Assembly (NCBI GenBank): GCA_030295235.1
Contig: AP026162.1
Span: 2,232,001-2,296,000, forward strand
Source of the DNA: Fistulifera solaris
Taxonomy: Eukaryota
DNA length: 64,000 nt
Reading direction: 5' to 3'
Part shown: piece after piece, positions 12,802 to 23,305 of the stretch
Layout: each line of letters opens with the position of its first letter
Position numbering within the stretch: position 1 is the stretch's first letter
Position numbers and translations under genes: made by a program
The notes under the pieces: model-generated
What the model was told of the DNA's origin: nothing
Database searches by the model: none
What the model saw: the letters and a program-made list of their open reading frames with translations, nothing else

Positions 12802-12958
12802 GCTCTTCAACAACATCATCGTCGTTTTGTCGTCCGCGGATGGGGCGAAAATGTTGCGTCTGGTACAAACTCTACGGGTGTGCTACGGGCAAAAAAATAA
12901 CTGGACGAATTTATCCACTTACGGCATAACTGTACGTTTTTCGACCGTAAAAACTCAT
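12802..12958 (-). repeat. Right terminal inverted repeat
   Basis: GCTCTTCAACAAC...CGACCGTAAAAACTCAT is the reverse complement of 10611-10766. Confidence 0.95.
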
Positions 12959-13077
12959 AATAACAATCGAATCAGTACAATAGCATCCGTTGAGATTTTG
13001 AACTTGCGGATTTACAAAAGGCTAAAGAGAAGTAGTTGGGCCAAGGTCTAGACTAAGATATCTAAACTTGTGGTTAT

Positions 13078-14456
13078 TTAGCTACACCGTACTTGGAATA
13101 TCCCTGACTTCGCTATGTTTCGGACGCCTTTGTAGGGATGATAACTTTCTCTGGTGACCGAAAGGCCACTGACGGTTAACCCTGAAACGGAGGCCAATGG
13201 GATTTTCCAATTCAAAGATAAATGAGGCGGATCGAGTGCTTCTTCTTCACCCACTTTGGGCGATACAAAAGAGAAGGAACATGTCAAAGATGCCTTTTGC
13301 TGGCATCCATTTTCCCTAAATTCCAACGAAGCACTTTGGCGGCTTCGTTGTACACCGCCGTCCCAAAAATCGACTCGTAAATTTGATGTAGATCTAGTTT
13401 GTCGCGGAAAAGGAATGTTAACGCAAAAGTCTTCTACCACCACCGGGCCTTTGTGACTTGGCGAGAAGACGAGACTGCTGAGGGTCGTAACCCCGGCGTG
13501 AAGTGTTACTCGACCCGTTCGCATATCTCCCGACGTAGTAGACCGATCTCCGTAGTTCCATTTCGGATGGCAAAAGACAGGAGGGTTGAGAGAACGAACT
13601 TTTTCGGGCACAATGCGGTAGCTCATGAGCTCGAAATTCCCATCCGGCGGAACAAATGAAACAACGGAATCCTCCTCATAGCGTGAATATCGCACACACG
13701 GATGAAAGCTCCAATCATCAATGATAGTAGGATCTTTGAATGTCAGTAGTAAATCGGGTACACCCGAAAGTTGGCATTGACATTGAATACTCCCACTGAC
13801 ATCCGACGAAATGACGGCACCCGAGGCATCGACAATTGCATCGACTTCTTCAACAATGTCAACATAGATCTCATTCTGACTGTAAGAAACATCCGCCGTC
13901 CGCCACGGCATATTGCTGACAGTCCCACTCGGTAATTCGTCGCTCACCACTGTCGTGCTCTGAAGCAATTTGCTCATGACCGTGGGAGGACGAATCATGG
14001 CTTTGAGCGCGTTTGGTTCAGTCGTAAGCGGCCAGCCGTAATCTACCATTTCTTCCAGTAGCTGATACACCGTAGAGAAGTTGTCTTTAATGGCCGACTC
14101 ATCGGCCGGAAATCCAAAGTAGTCGACAAAATGTCGGCGACCCGATGCAAGAACTCCAAAATAAGAAGGGGACTGACTTCCGCCGGACACACCGCCAGAT
14201 AGCTAAGACCGTCCCGTAAACAGCTAATGACGTACAAGGTCCCTTGATCGGATCCGGGAACTTCCATTACCGGAGGCACACTGTCGTAGAGTTCTTCATG
14301 GTCGGAAATGGCGGAGACTCCGCCGTGATGATTGATCGATTCGGACGCGCGGTCCCAAAACGTATCGCAAACACTTCGAGATGTTACGACACCTCGGAAG
14401 TGTCGCTCAATTAAGACTTCTCCCGTGGGGGAGAGAATAAAGAGAGACTGAATCAT
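13078..14456 (-). CDS. AP3M: AP-3 adaptor complex mu subunit (frameshifted in the assembly)
   Basis: 'MIQSLFILSPTGEVLIERHFR', 'IKDNFSTVYQLLEEMVDYGWPLTTEPNALKAMIRPPT', 'NEIYVDIVEE', 'SFVPPDGNFELMSY' and 'PYKGVR'. Confidence 0.92.
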
Positions 14457-14881
14457 TTTAGTTACTCCGTATTCGATAAAACAGAGACGTCTTTGTAATG
14501 GTTTTGGTAACGCAATAAAACGTTTTGTCGTCCGCGGATGAGAAAAGGCGAAAGGCTAAAATATCTTATGCGATATCTACGTTCTAAGCGTACCGGTACT
14601 CATACACTTACCTCAGCTTAGCGAAAACATCTTTTGATACCGTGAATCTTCACTGTACGTAAAATAGTTGTCTCATTCGTCCCGACTTTGCACCGCGCAA
14701 CGACGAGCATCGCGACGACGGCAACAAAAGACGACAATGCTGGACAATTACCAGAGACTCTTTAATTAGAATATGCAAGGGAGGCTCTTTCTACTACAAG
14801 AACAACATTTTACTACTGTCGAGCTAGCGACTGCCTTTGCTGCGCAGTATTCTTGCTGAAAATCACGTGTTTTTCACCGTC

Positions 14882-15628
14882 ATGCACCGCATTTCGCACT
14901 TCTTTGCGTTTCTCTCTTCCTGCGCATCCACAACCGGCTTTGTAACACCCCTGACTCGACAATCGACACAATCCACGGCTTTGTTTGGTATTCCGATCCC
15001 CGTCTTCCCGTTGCGGAGAACCGTGCGTTTGCCGACCGAGTCTTTGACACTGAATTTGTACGAAGAGCGCTACTTGAAGTTGGCGGAGTATGTTTTGCAG
15101 CAAGAACATCCTTACTTTGGAGCCATTTACAGTTCCAATAAACCGCAAATCGTGCGCAACGGAACAGGTCCGATCGTTCCCCTGTTCGAGCCTGGGGATG
15201 TGGGGGTAATTTTTTTGGTACTGAATTCCGAAGAAGGTATGATTCCGACGCGTGGTGGTATTCCGCGCCGTCGTATCCGTTTGGTAGCTCGAGGATCGGT
15301 TCGCTTCCAAATTGAAGAAATTCTGAAAAATGGTTACGATACATCCTTTATTTTGGTGGATGGGAATGTGTTTTTGGACGAGCCGACAGTGGATGAAGGG
15401 ATTTGTTCGCAAGATTTCGTAGACTGGGCCAGGAAAGTGCAAGCAGCCTTAAACATGGATACGAACCTTGAGCATTCACTGGCTGCAGAATTGACATCAT
15501 TTGATAAAGTATCACAAAGACTCTCTGACGGACGCTCCCGAGAGCGCCTGCAAGCAATTAATCGTCGAAACACCCAGGAACGTCTGAACGAGCCAGCAGA
15601 AAAGGCGTTCTTTGGATGGTGGCGGTGA
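14882..15628 (+). CDS. Plastid-targeted Lon N-terminal (substrate-binding) domain protein
   Basis: Signal peptide with 'TTGFV'. 'IPVFPL...LPTESLTLNLYEERY' and 'RGSVRFQI' are typical of the LON_substr_bdg domain. Confidence 0.75.
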   Translation: MHRISHFFAFLSSCASTTGFVTPLTRQSTQSTALFGIPIPVFPLRRTVRLPTESLTLNLYEERYLKLAEYVLQQEHPYFGAIYSSNKPQIVRNGTGPIVPLFEPGDVGVIFLVLNSEEGMIPTRGGIPRRRIRLVARGSVRFQIEEILKNGYDTSFILVDGNVFLDEPTVDEGICSQDFVDWARKVQAALNMDTNLEHSLAAELTSFDKVSQRLSDGRSRERLQAINRRNTQERLNEPAEKAFFGWWR

Positions 15629-16086
15629 CACGTCTTTTCATACAAGTTCCATTGTATATCCGCGTTGTCAGATATTGATCATTGCATGCGACGGGAGCCG
15701 ATAAATCGGCTATAGGCAACCTGTCTAGATCTAGTCTGTGAAGTTCGCGACCATGATCACAATCGCTTCACGCCACCATGGATTTACCCGATTGTTAATT
15801 TTGTTTCAATTAAAGAAATAAGGAGTAAGCTCATCAGTAGATTCAATTGTAAACTTTGCAAGGTTTTACGATCTTCCTTTTTGTAAAAACATTAGTTCTT
15901 CTGCTTCTCCTGAAAACACAGTCCTACCGTCGTCCGGAGTGTCATCGATCCGACATCCAACCGTTTATTGCTTTTTTTCTTTTTCTTCTTTTGTTGCGCA
16001 CGCCTTTTCATTTATTTCCTTGCATTTCCTTCCAACTATACATTTCTTGCCCCTAATAGCACACAATTAGTATCGGTTTCCGCATC

Positions 16087-18314
16087 ATGCCGAAGACGAA
16101 AGGAAAAGAAGAGACACCAAAAGAGACCCAACAATCTTCTGCCGATGATTCATTTCAAAAACTACCCCTCTCGAGTGGGGTGCTCGAATACATCCAAGAA
16201 CAGAATTTCACTCGTATGACACCGGTACAAGCTGCTACCATTCCGCTTTTCCTTGCTTCCAAAGATGTGGCCGTTCAAGCTGTCACAGGCTCCGGCAAAA
16301 CTCTAGCTTTCCTTATTCCTGTCGTTGAAGCGATTTTGCGCAAAAGTTCAAAAAACATCAAGCGGGTGCTTTGATTTTGTCGCCGACCCGCGAGTTGGCG
16401 CAACAGACTCACGCTGTAGCTGCCGCACTGTGCAGGCACTGTCAACTAAAAGAACCGTTGCTGTTGGTGGGTGGCTCTTCGGCCTCCAGTAGTTTGGCTT
16501 CGACGAGACCCGTGACCGCCGACTTGCAGGCATTTCAAGAAACAGGTCACGACATTTTGATCGGAACGCCGGGCCGTGTAGAGGACATTTTGACCAAGTA
16601 TAGCGTCATCGATACGTCGGAACTTGAGTATTTGATTTTGGATGAGGCTGACGTTTTGTTGAATTTGGGCTTTGCGATAACGCTGCAAAGTATTCTGAAG
16701 AGGCTACCGAAAATGAGACGGACGGGTCTTTTCAGTGCTACCACGTCTTCGACAAATGCGAGTTTGAAGGAATGGACGGGACGAGCTGGTTTGCGGAACC
16801 CGGTTTGGATTGATGTAGCAGTAACGACCAATGTCGCTGAGACGCGAACGGCCCAGGCGACCCCTACATCACTCACCAACTACTTCTTAGTGTGTCCACT
16901 GGACGAGAAATTGTCACGACTAGCGGCTTTCCTGCAAGACCATAGCACCGAAAAGGTCATTGTGTTTTGTCTCACTTGTGCATGCGTCGATTTTTATGGC
17001 AATGCTTTGAAAGTTTTGCTCCCAACTGTATCGATTGAGCCATTGCACGGGAAAATGGTGCAAAAGCGCCGTGAAAAGTCCATGGAACGATTTCGAAGTG
17101 ACGCCGAAGGAGGAACGTTACTTTGTACGGATGTGGCAGCTCGGGGGTTGGATGTATCAAACGTGAACTGGGTGGTGCAATTCGATGCCCCACAAGATCC
17201 GGCCTTTACGTTCACCGTGTAGGTCGATCGGCGCGAGCTGGAAAATCTGGAAATAGTCTATTGTTTTTGACGAGGAAAGAAGAAGCTTATGTGGACTTGT
17301 TAAAAATGAGAAAGGTGCCTCTTTCTCCCTTGCCTTCATCGGAACGATGCTGTCCCTTCATTTATGAAAATGTAGAAGAAGGGAATGACAAGGGAGCAAC
17401 AAAACGCAAGACAGACAAATCAAACGAAGAGGAACCGACCAAACGCACTATACGTTGTAATGATGGAAGTGAAATTGAAGACATTTTTCCCAAAGTAAAG
17501 GAGCTTGTCCTGAGCGATCGCGATTTTTCTCGAAAAAGGCACAAAGGCCTTCACGTCGTACATTCGTGCTTATAAGGAACATCATTGTTCTTTCATTTTC
17601 AGGTAAGTCATAAATCGTCGACTTTATAAACGCATGGACGTGCCATTGTGCATTCACTGAACGCCTCCTAAAATGGGAGACGATGTAGTGTTTGGGCTGT
17701 GCCGTAGAGTGCAATACGATGTTGGACCTGCCGATGATCATCAGTCATTGCTTGTTCCGGGTAGATATCCCTGTGTGTGACGTTCTCAGACTCAAATAGG
17801 AACCCAATGCCCCAACACTTCTATTACTTACCAATACGTCTGTCTTATATTGGTTCGCAGGTTCGCCTCCTTGGATTTAGGTTTACTAGCTACATCGTTT
17901 TGCCTCTTACGGTTGCCCAAAATGCCGGAGCTGCAAGATGCTTTACAGAAACACAAGGGTAAATTGCCGCGTTTTCAACCCGCGGGTCGTGAGATTGATA
18001 TTTTTGCCATTCCCTATCGTGATAAAGTGCGCGAAACCGCTCGCCAAAAGCGTTTAATGCAGGAGCAGGAAGCCGGAGGAAAGAATGCGAAACAGTTGCA
18101 AGCCGAACAGAAAAAGGCAGAAAAAGAGCGAAAGTTGCAAGAACGACGCCAAAAGGCCATGGAAAAGGGTCGAAATCCTGACAAGAAGCGTGGTCGGAAT
18201 GCTCGTATTGTAGATGAGTGGGACGATCTGGCGAAAGAGGAACGATTGTACAAAAAGTTACGGAAAGGCAAAATCACCAAGGAGGATTTGGAAAAAGAGC
18301 TCAATGAAGATTAA
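16087..18314 (+). CDS. DDX55: DEAD-box RNA helicase DDX55/Spb4 (intron 17603-17860; several frameshifts)
   Basis: Q motif '[10 protein letters not shown]', 'AVTGSGKT', 'SPTRELA', 'DEAD', 'RRTGLFSAT', 'HRVGRSAR', and '[18 protein letters not shown]...[10 protein letters not shown]'. Confidence 0.93.
17647..17820 (+). ncRNA. Intronic box H/ACA snoRNA candidate with U17/snR30-like architecture
   Basis: Lies in a 258-nt intron. Branched 5' hairpin (TGCATTC 17649/GAGTGCA 17707), H box ATACGA 17714-17719, an internal hairpin, a 3' pocket hairpin (GGGTA/TGCCC lower stem), and ACA at 17815-17817. Confidence 0.6.
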
Positions 18315-18342
18315 AGTAATTGTAGATTTCAAATAATTAAAG

Positions 18343-19429
18343 TTACAACTCAAAAAGGTTAAACGCGTTGACGATTTGCGGATGGGACCGGAGGATCGAG
18401 AATGTAGCGTTGATATCATCTTGAACCATCTCTACCAACTGGAACAAGTCGTGCCTGGTAACTTTTTCGTCCCGAAAAATTCGCTTCCGATCCGCAGCAT
18501 TGAGTTTTGTAAACGAGTCGATTCCAAACTGCACCCGTTCTGGGATTTCGAGGTCAAACATATCAATACGTTCGTCGCTAAACCCAATGCCTCCATTGTA
18601 AGAAAACAACCTGAATTGCTTGACATAATACTGGCGCTCCATGGTCCGCAATATACTGTCATAGCCCCGCGTGGAGCGGGCCCGATGCTTTCCACCCAAA
18701 TCGATTGATTCTAGAGTGCAGTTGCGTGTCAGTTCTTCTGCAACAATTTCGAAATCATCGTCCGACAATGCCATATTCCGCAGGGCGAGACGTTTCAGTG
18801 ATTTGTAGCGGAATATCGTTTGCAAGTGGTCAGCACGAATGATGGAAGGATTATCACGCCAAGGCTTTGACCTTTGAATGACAAGTCGCTTCAAATTGGG
18901 CATTTGTGTCAGAATTCCGGCGAACCGATCGGCGACAATGGTGTAGGACTCCTGTCTTTCCTGCCTCCGAAAGGTCACATTGGAAAAAATGACTTCTTCG
19001 ATGGAAGAAGGGATACTCGATTGAATTAATGGAAAAGTGTATGCGACATGAACCCAAATTGGACTTGGCGGTTGACACAAAATGATTTCAAGTTCTTCAT
19101 CGATGGACTCATCCATTGTAAAAGATCTTCCAACATAACCGTAAAGGCTCCCGTCGACGACGTGGTGACTTTTATCTCTTTAGATTGGTCATGCGATGAA
19201 CTAGTTGGACGACATCAGTCCAAGGGCACTGTTCTCGGTTCGCAATCACCACTGCATACAGAAGGTTAAGCACTTCTCCGTCGACTTTGAGCATTTCAAT
19301 GCCTCGTACATCTTCCATGCGGACCCATGCCTGAAACCCTTCCACATTGATCCTTGTGCTTGAAGGTATAGAGAAGGTGTTTGTTGGTTGAGCGATAAAA
19401 TTCGTTACAATTGATTGTAGCGTCGTCAT
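18343..19429 (-). CDS. RNI-like/LRR protein of an expanded lineage-specific family (frameshifted; possibly a pseudogene)
   Basis: 'MPNLKRLVI', 'SLKRLALRNMALSDDD...ELTRNCTLESIDL', and C-terminal 'FTKLNAADRK...TFSILRSHP'. Confidence 0.55.
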
Positions 19430-19547
19430 GCTGAAATTGAAATTCTCTGTCTCTCGTCATGGTCGACGTTACGGAGTATTTATTTTCTCTCGCACACATC
19501 AAAAGCACACAGAATGCCTGTTTGACCAGAAAGATACTAGGACCGAA

Positions 19548-20136
19548 AACACCGAAATTCCAGAATATCTGGAAATTGCACTTTCTTTCGTTATGATCCA
19601 TAACACAGCTTCCAGAATTCCTGGAACGCGCACATCATTCCGGTAGGATCCCAAACACCGTGTTCAGAATTCTTGGAACTTGCACAGCATTTCGGTACGG
19701 TAGGATCGAAAAAGCTGGTCCAACACCAATTCCAGAATTTCTGGAAATTGTTCTTTCTTTCGTTATGATCCAAAACACAGTTACCAGAATTTCTGGAACG
19801 CGCACATCATTCCGGTAGGATCCCAAACACCGTAATCAGAATTCTTGGAACTTGCACAGCATTTCGGTACGGTAGGATCGAAAAAGCTGGTCCAGAATTT
19901 CTGGACCACCACAGAATTTCTGTATGATCGGAAACACCAATTCCAGAATTTCTGGAAATTATTGCTTTATGATCCATAACACAGATCCCAGAATTTCAGT
20001 AATGCGCACATCATTCCGGTAGGTTCCCAAACACCGTGTTCAAATTTTTTGGGACATGCACCGCATTTCTGTAGGATCAAAAAGCTGGTCCAGAATTTCT
20101 GGACCATCACAGAATTTCTGTATTACCCAAAACACC
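19548..20136. repeat. Higher-order tandem repeat: three ~172-204 bp units built from ~45-bp monomers with a palindromic CCAGAATTTCTGG core
   Basis: The block (C/T)GCGCACATCATTCCGGTAGG recurs at ~19627, ~19799 and ~20003. Many CAGAA(T)TTCTG cores are present. Confidence 0.9.
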
Positions 20137-20528
20137 ATATTCCTAAAACATTGTTAATAACAACGATTCCATTATAAACTAATTATTGAATAGGTACTCC
20201 GTTTTTGTTAAAAGCCATGATTAATCTGCGAAGTAGTTTGTCTCTCATTTCATTGCATTGAAACAAGAAAACTATTCCAACTACTTTTCGGGACTGAATA
20301 TACGTTGAGTCGGAGAAAAGGGTCTCTACACTTTGTCCGATACTCGCTCAGTCTTGTCTCGACCACACCCGTGACTCACAAATGTGCGCGTGCGGAGCCA
20401 TACATTTTTGCACCGCTATTATTATTTTTCGTTTTTGTCCGTTGTCGTTGATTAGCTCTTGAATGATAAACTATTCCGAGTATTAGCCCAACCAAACGAC
20501 CGCCCATTCACCAACAAAACTATTCCGA

Positions 20529-21452
20529 ATGCCCAAGAAATCGAAAGCGCAAATCAAGCGTCTCGCGAAGCGAGCGGAAGCCCGCGGTGAAGTTTACGAG
20601 CCTCCGTTGGAAGAATTGTCGTCGAACAACAAATTACTGGCCGCACGACAATTGCAACAAGAACTGACGAGTATTGAAAAGGATGATACCATGAAAGCAA
20701 AAGACCGGCGATCTGCGAAACGAAAAGCCGAAGCAATTGCTTTGGAGAAAACGGGATGTTCGGCCGACGAGTTGTTGGCGTGGTACAAAGAACAAAAAGA
20801 AGAGGATCGACCCGAAACGAACAGCAACAACAAGAAAAAGACTGAGGATACACAACATGACAAGCGAAAGATCCCTTATATTTTGTTTATCGGTCAATTA
20901 TCGTACGACACCACCAAAGAATCGTTACTGCAACATTTTCAAACCGAATTGGCCGACGATGGCTTTGATGTCAATGAACAAACGTGCCAAATACGACTCC
21001 TCACGGACCCGAAAACCAAAAAGTCTCGCGGAATGGCGTTTGTCGAATTGTCGACTCCGGAATTGATGCACGCTTGTCTGAAATTGCACAAAACCATGTT
21101 GGAGGGGCGCCGGATCAATGTCGAAAAAAGTGCCGGCGGAGGAAAACACAGCGAACAGCGCAAAGAAAAACTAAAAACCTTTCGAACACAACAAGAAGAA
21201 TACATTGAATCTATGGTCGCGAAGATGATTGACGAATACAAACAAAAGGGCGAAATACAGGATGGAGAATTGGACGAAGGAGTGATTGCTTTGTGTCAGC
21301 GACATTCGGGCGCGGTAGTGCAAGCCGCCCTCGAACGATACGTAGACTCCAATGGTCGCGAAATGGACAATCCCAGCGCGTATCTGTCTTTCTTGCTCGG
21401 TAAATTGGCCCACGAAGGTATTTATGATAGTGAAAAGGAAAGAAAATCTTAA
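20529..21452 (+). CDS. RRM-domain protein, Nop6-like nucleolar RNA-binding protein
   Basis: RNP2 'ILFIGQLSY', RNP1 'SRGMAFVE', 'LHKTMLEGRRINVEKSAGGG', and a Lys-rich N-terminus. Confidence 0.75.
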   Translation: MPKKSKAQIKRLAKRAEARGEVYEPPLEELSSNNKLLAARQLQQELTSIEKDDTMKAKDRRSAKRKAEAIALEKTGCSADELLAWYKEQKEEDRPETNSNNKKKTEDTQHDKRKIPYILFIGQLSYDTTKESLLQHFQTELADDGFDVNEQTCQIRLLTDPKTKKSRGMAFVELSTPELMHACLKLHKTMLEGRRINVEKSAGGGKHSEQRKEKLKTFRTQQEEYIESMVAKMIDEYKQKGEIQDGELDEGVIALCQRHSGAVVQAALERYVDSNGREMDNPSAYLSFLLGKLAHEGIYDSEKERKS

Positions 21453-21542
21453 AGAGTGACTCGGATCGACCACCAAAACGTGTTCGCTCGAATTAATTGT
21501 TCAATATCAATTACAAGAAACGTAGCATAGAAAGGTGTATTA

Positions 21543-22783
21543 TCATACTTGACACTCTTGTGATATTTTCTTGGGTCTTCCTCTTCGTTTGGGCTCCCAC
21601 TGGAAACCCAATGTCTCCAGTTGTCGTATTCGCTCTTCCTTTTGGGTCCTTTCAAATAGGCACCCTTCAATCGGATATCTTTGAGTCGTTGCCCAAGGGG
21701 CAGACCCCACAAATGCTCCGGCCACGGCCATTCTTCTCCGATCCATTCATGGGGCTTGGGGACTACAAAATGGATCGGAACATCTAACGATCGATTGTGC
21801 AATTTCGAATAAATGGCCGCCGCATGAACCACCTCCAACCATCCCAGATTCGAGTTTCCCGTCCACCGAAACCCCAATTCTTCGAGCAACCGCCGTCGTT
21901 CCGGATGTTTCTTCACATAAAGACCCTTTTGACGCACCGCATGACATTTGACTCCCAGCGGATATCCCCAAAAGGCTTCCGGCCACTGCGGATCCTCCGA
22001 AGGCACTACATACTGCGCCGGCACCTTCAATACTTGCGTGCGTTCTCCCGGACTGAACGGTCCACACTGTTCCAATCGCGCATAATGCCACATAATATCG
22101 TAAAATTTGAGAAAGCGCTCTTCGTGAACATCCCACACGAACCCCAAACCTTCCAATTGTTGCCGCCGCGCTTCGGCCGTCGGTCCCCGCAAAAAATCGT
22201 GCCGGGCACGAATCCGATACACACTCTTCCCCAACGGGATACCCCACGTCGCTCGCGGCCATTGCGCATTATCTAATGGTACCACAAATTGGTTGGGAAC
22301 CAACACGTGGCCATGCAAATTATAGTAGGTAATCAAGGCTTCCAACACGAGATTCCATTCCGGCTGCAATCGTTCCCACACAAACCCCAATCGATTCAAT
22401 TCGGCAACACGATCCGGACGTTCTTGAATGTGCAATTGCCACCATTTCATGTTATAGACCGTCGAGGATAAATCCAAACCGTACCAATCCGAAGGAAAAG
22501 CTGTCGAGGTCACCGTGTAACGACGGGGAATGACCAAATCGCCGTGCAATGCGTGATAGGTTTGGAGTGCTTGCAACGTAATATCGTACGGAATATCCAT
22601 GGCGTTGGTACGTGTTTGTGTTGTTGAGTGAGTTTCGTTTTCTAGAATGATTCGTTCGTTATTGGGCAAAGCAGGACGGCGCATCATCACTCGCCGATGG
22701 GGGTGTCGGCACATCCAAGCGGTTGCTTGCCACATACTCCAACATCCACAGAGAAATAACCATCCACACCGTTTCCGTAACAT
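21543..22783 (-). CDS. Helicase-associated (HA) repeat protein with N-terminal signal peptide
   Basis: Four repeats of 'L..Y...HG...VP..F.VP....WP...WG.PLG.....IR......R...LE.LGF.W'. Frameshift near 21640; the true end is in ORF 21543-21746. Confidence 0.75.
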
Positions 22784-23305
22784 TCTATTGCAACATTTTA
22801 GAGAATTTTATGATTAATCGAAATAATAGCTGTGTTATAACAATGTTGTTGATAATTACAACGCGCGTTGCGATCGAGTGCAACACACCACGCGCACAGG
22901 CATAAAGTGATGGGTACCGATGTGCCCCTTCAATATAGCGCATATAGTAGTCATGTGTTGTTCTAGCTCATGACTGAAAATCTAGTCTTGGAGACAATCG
23001 ATTTATCTATATTCCTTTGCCTTTAGCTAGAACTAGGTACGACTTTCGCCGTTCGACGTTGCACATTCAAGAAAATTTATTAGCTGCTTTATATTTTGTT
23101 ATAGTAAATAGCCTTTACCTTGCCTAGTTTGCCCGTGTTCCTTGTCTAGCAATGTATAACCCACTTGTTTGACTCGAATGAATTTCCGTTTCGAAACCAT
23201 CAAGCAGCTCTCACTTTTTTCAGCCTTTAAAAGAAAGTCAAGTGATAAAGGCTTTCTGAATTTCACAGTACTCGACGTACTTGATTCAGGAGCTTTCATT
23301 GACAT

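Larger units (their letters stand above)
10611..12958. mobile_element. Non-autonomous TIR DNA transposon-like element (~2.35 kb; MULE-like by TIR length, superfamily uncertain)
   Basis: 156/157-bp terminal inverted repeats differing by one substitution and one homopolymer indel. The interior lacks long ORFs and contains stop-riddled coding-like remnants. Confidence 0.8.

Noticed and set aside
10551..13051. ORFs 10551-10781 and 12779-13051 share the peptide KNNWTNLSTYGITVRFSTVKTH
   Set aside because: This is simply translation of the two TIR copies, not paralogous genes.
19548..20136. CRISPR-like array of palindromic repeats
   Set aside because: The spacers are themselves repeated and homologous, the context is eukaryotic, and no cas genes are present.
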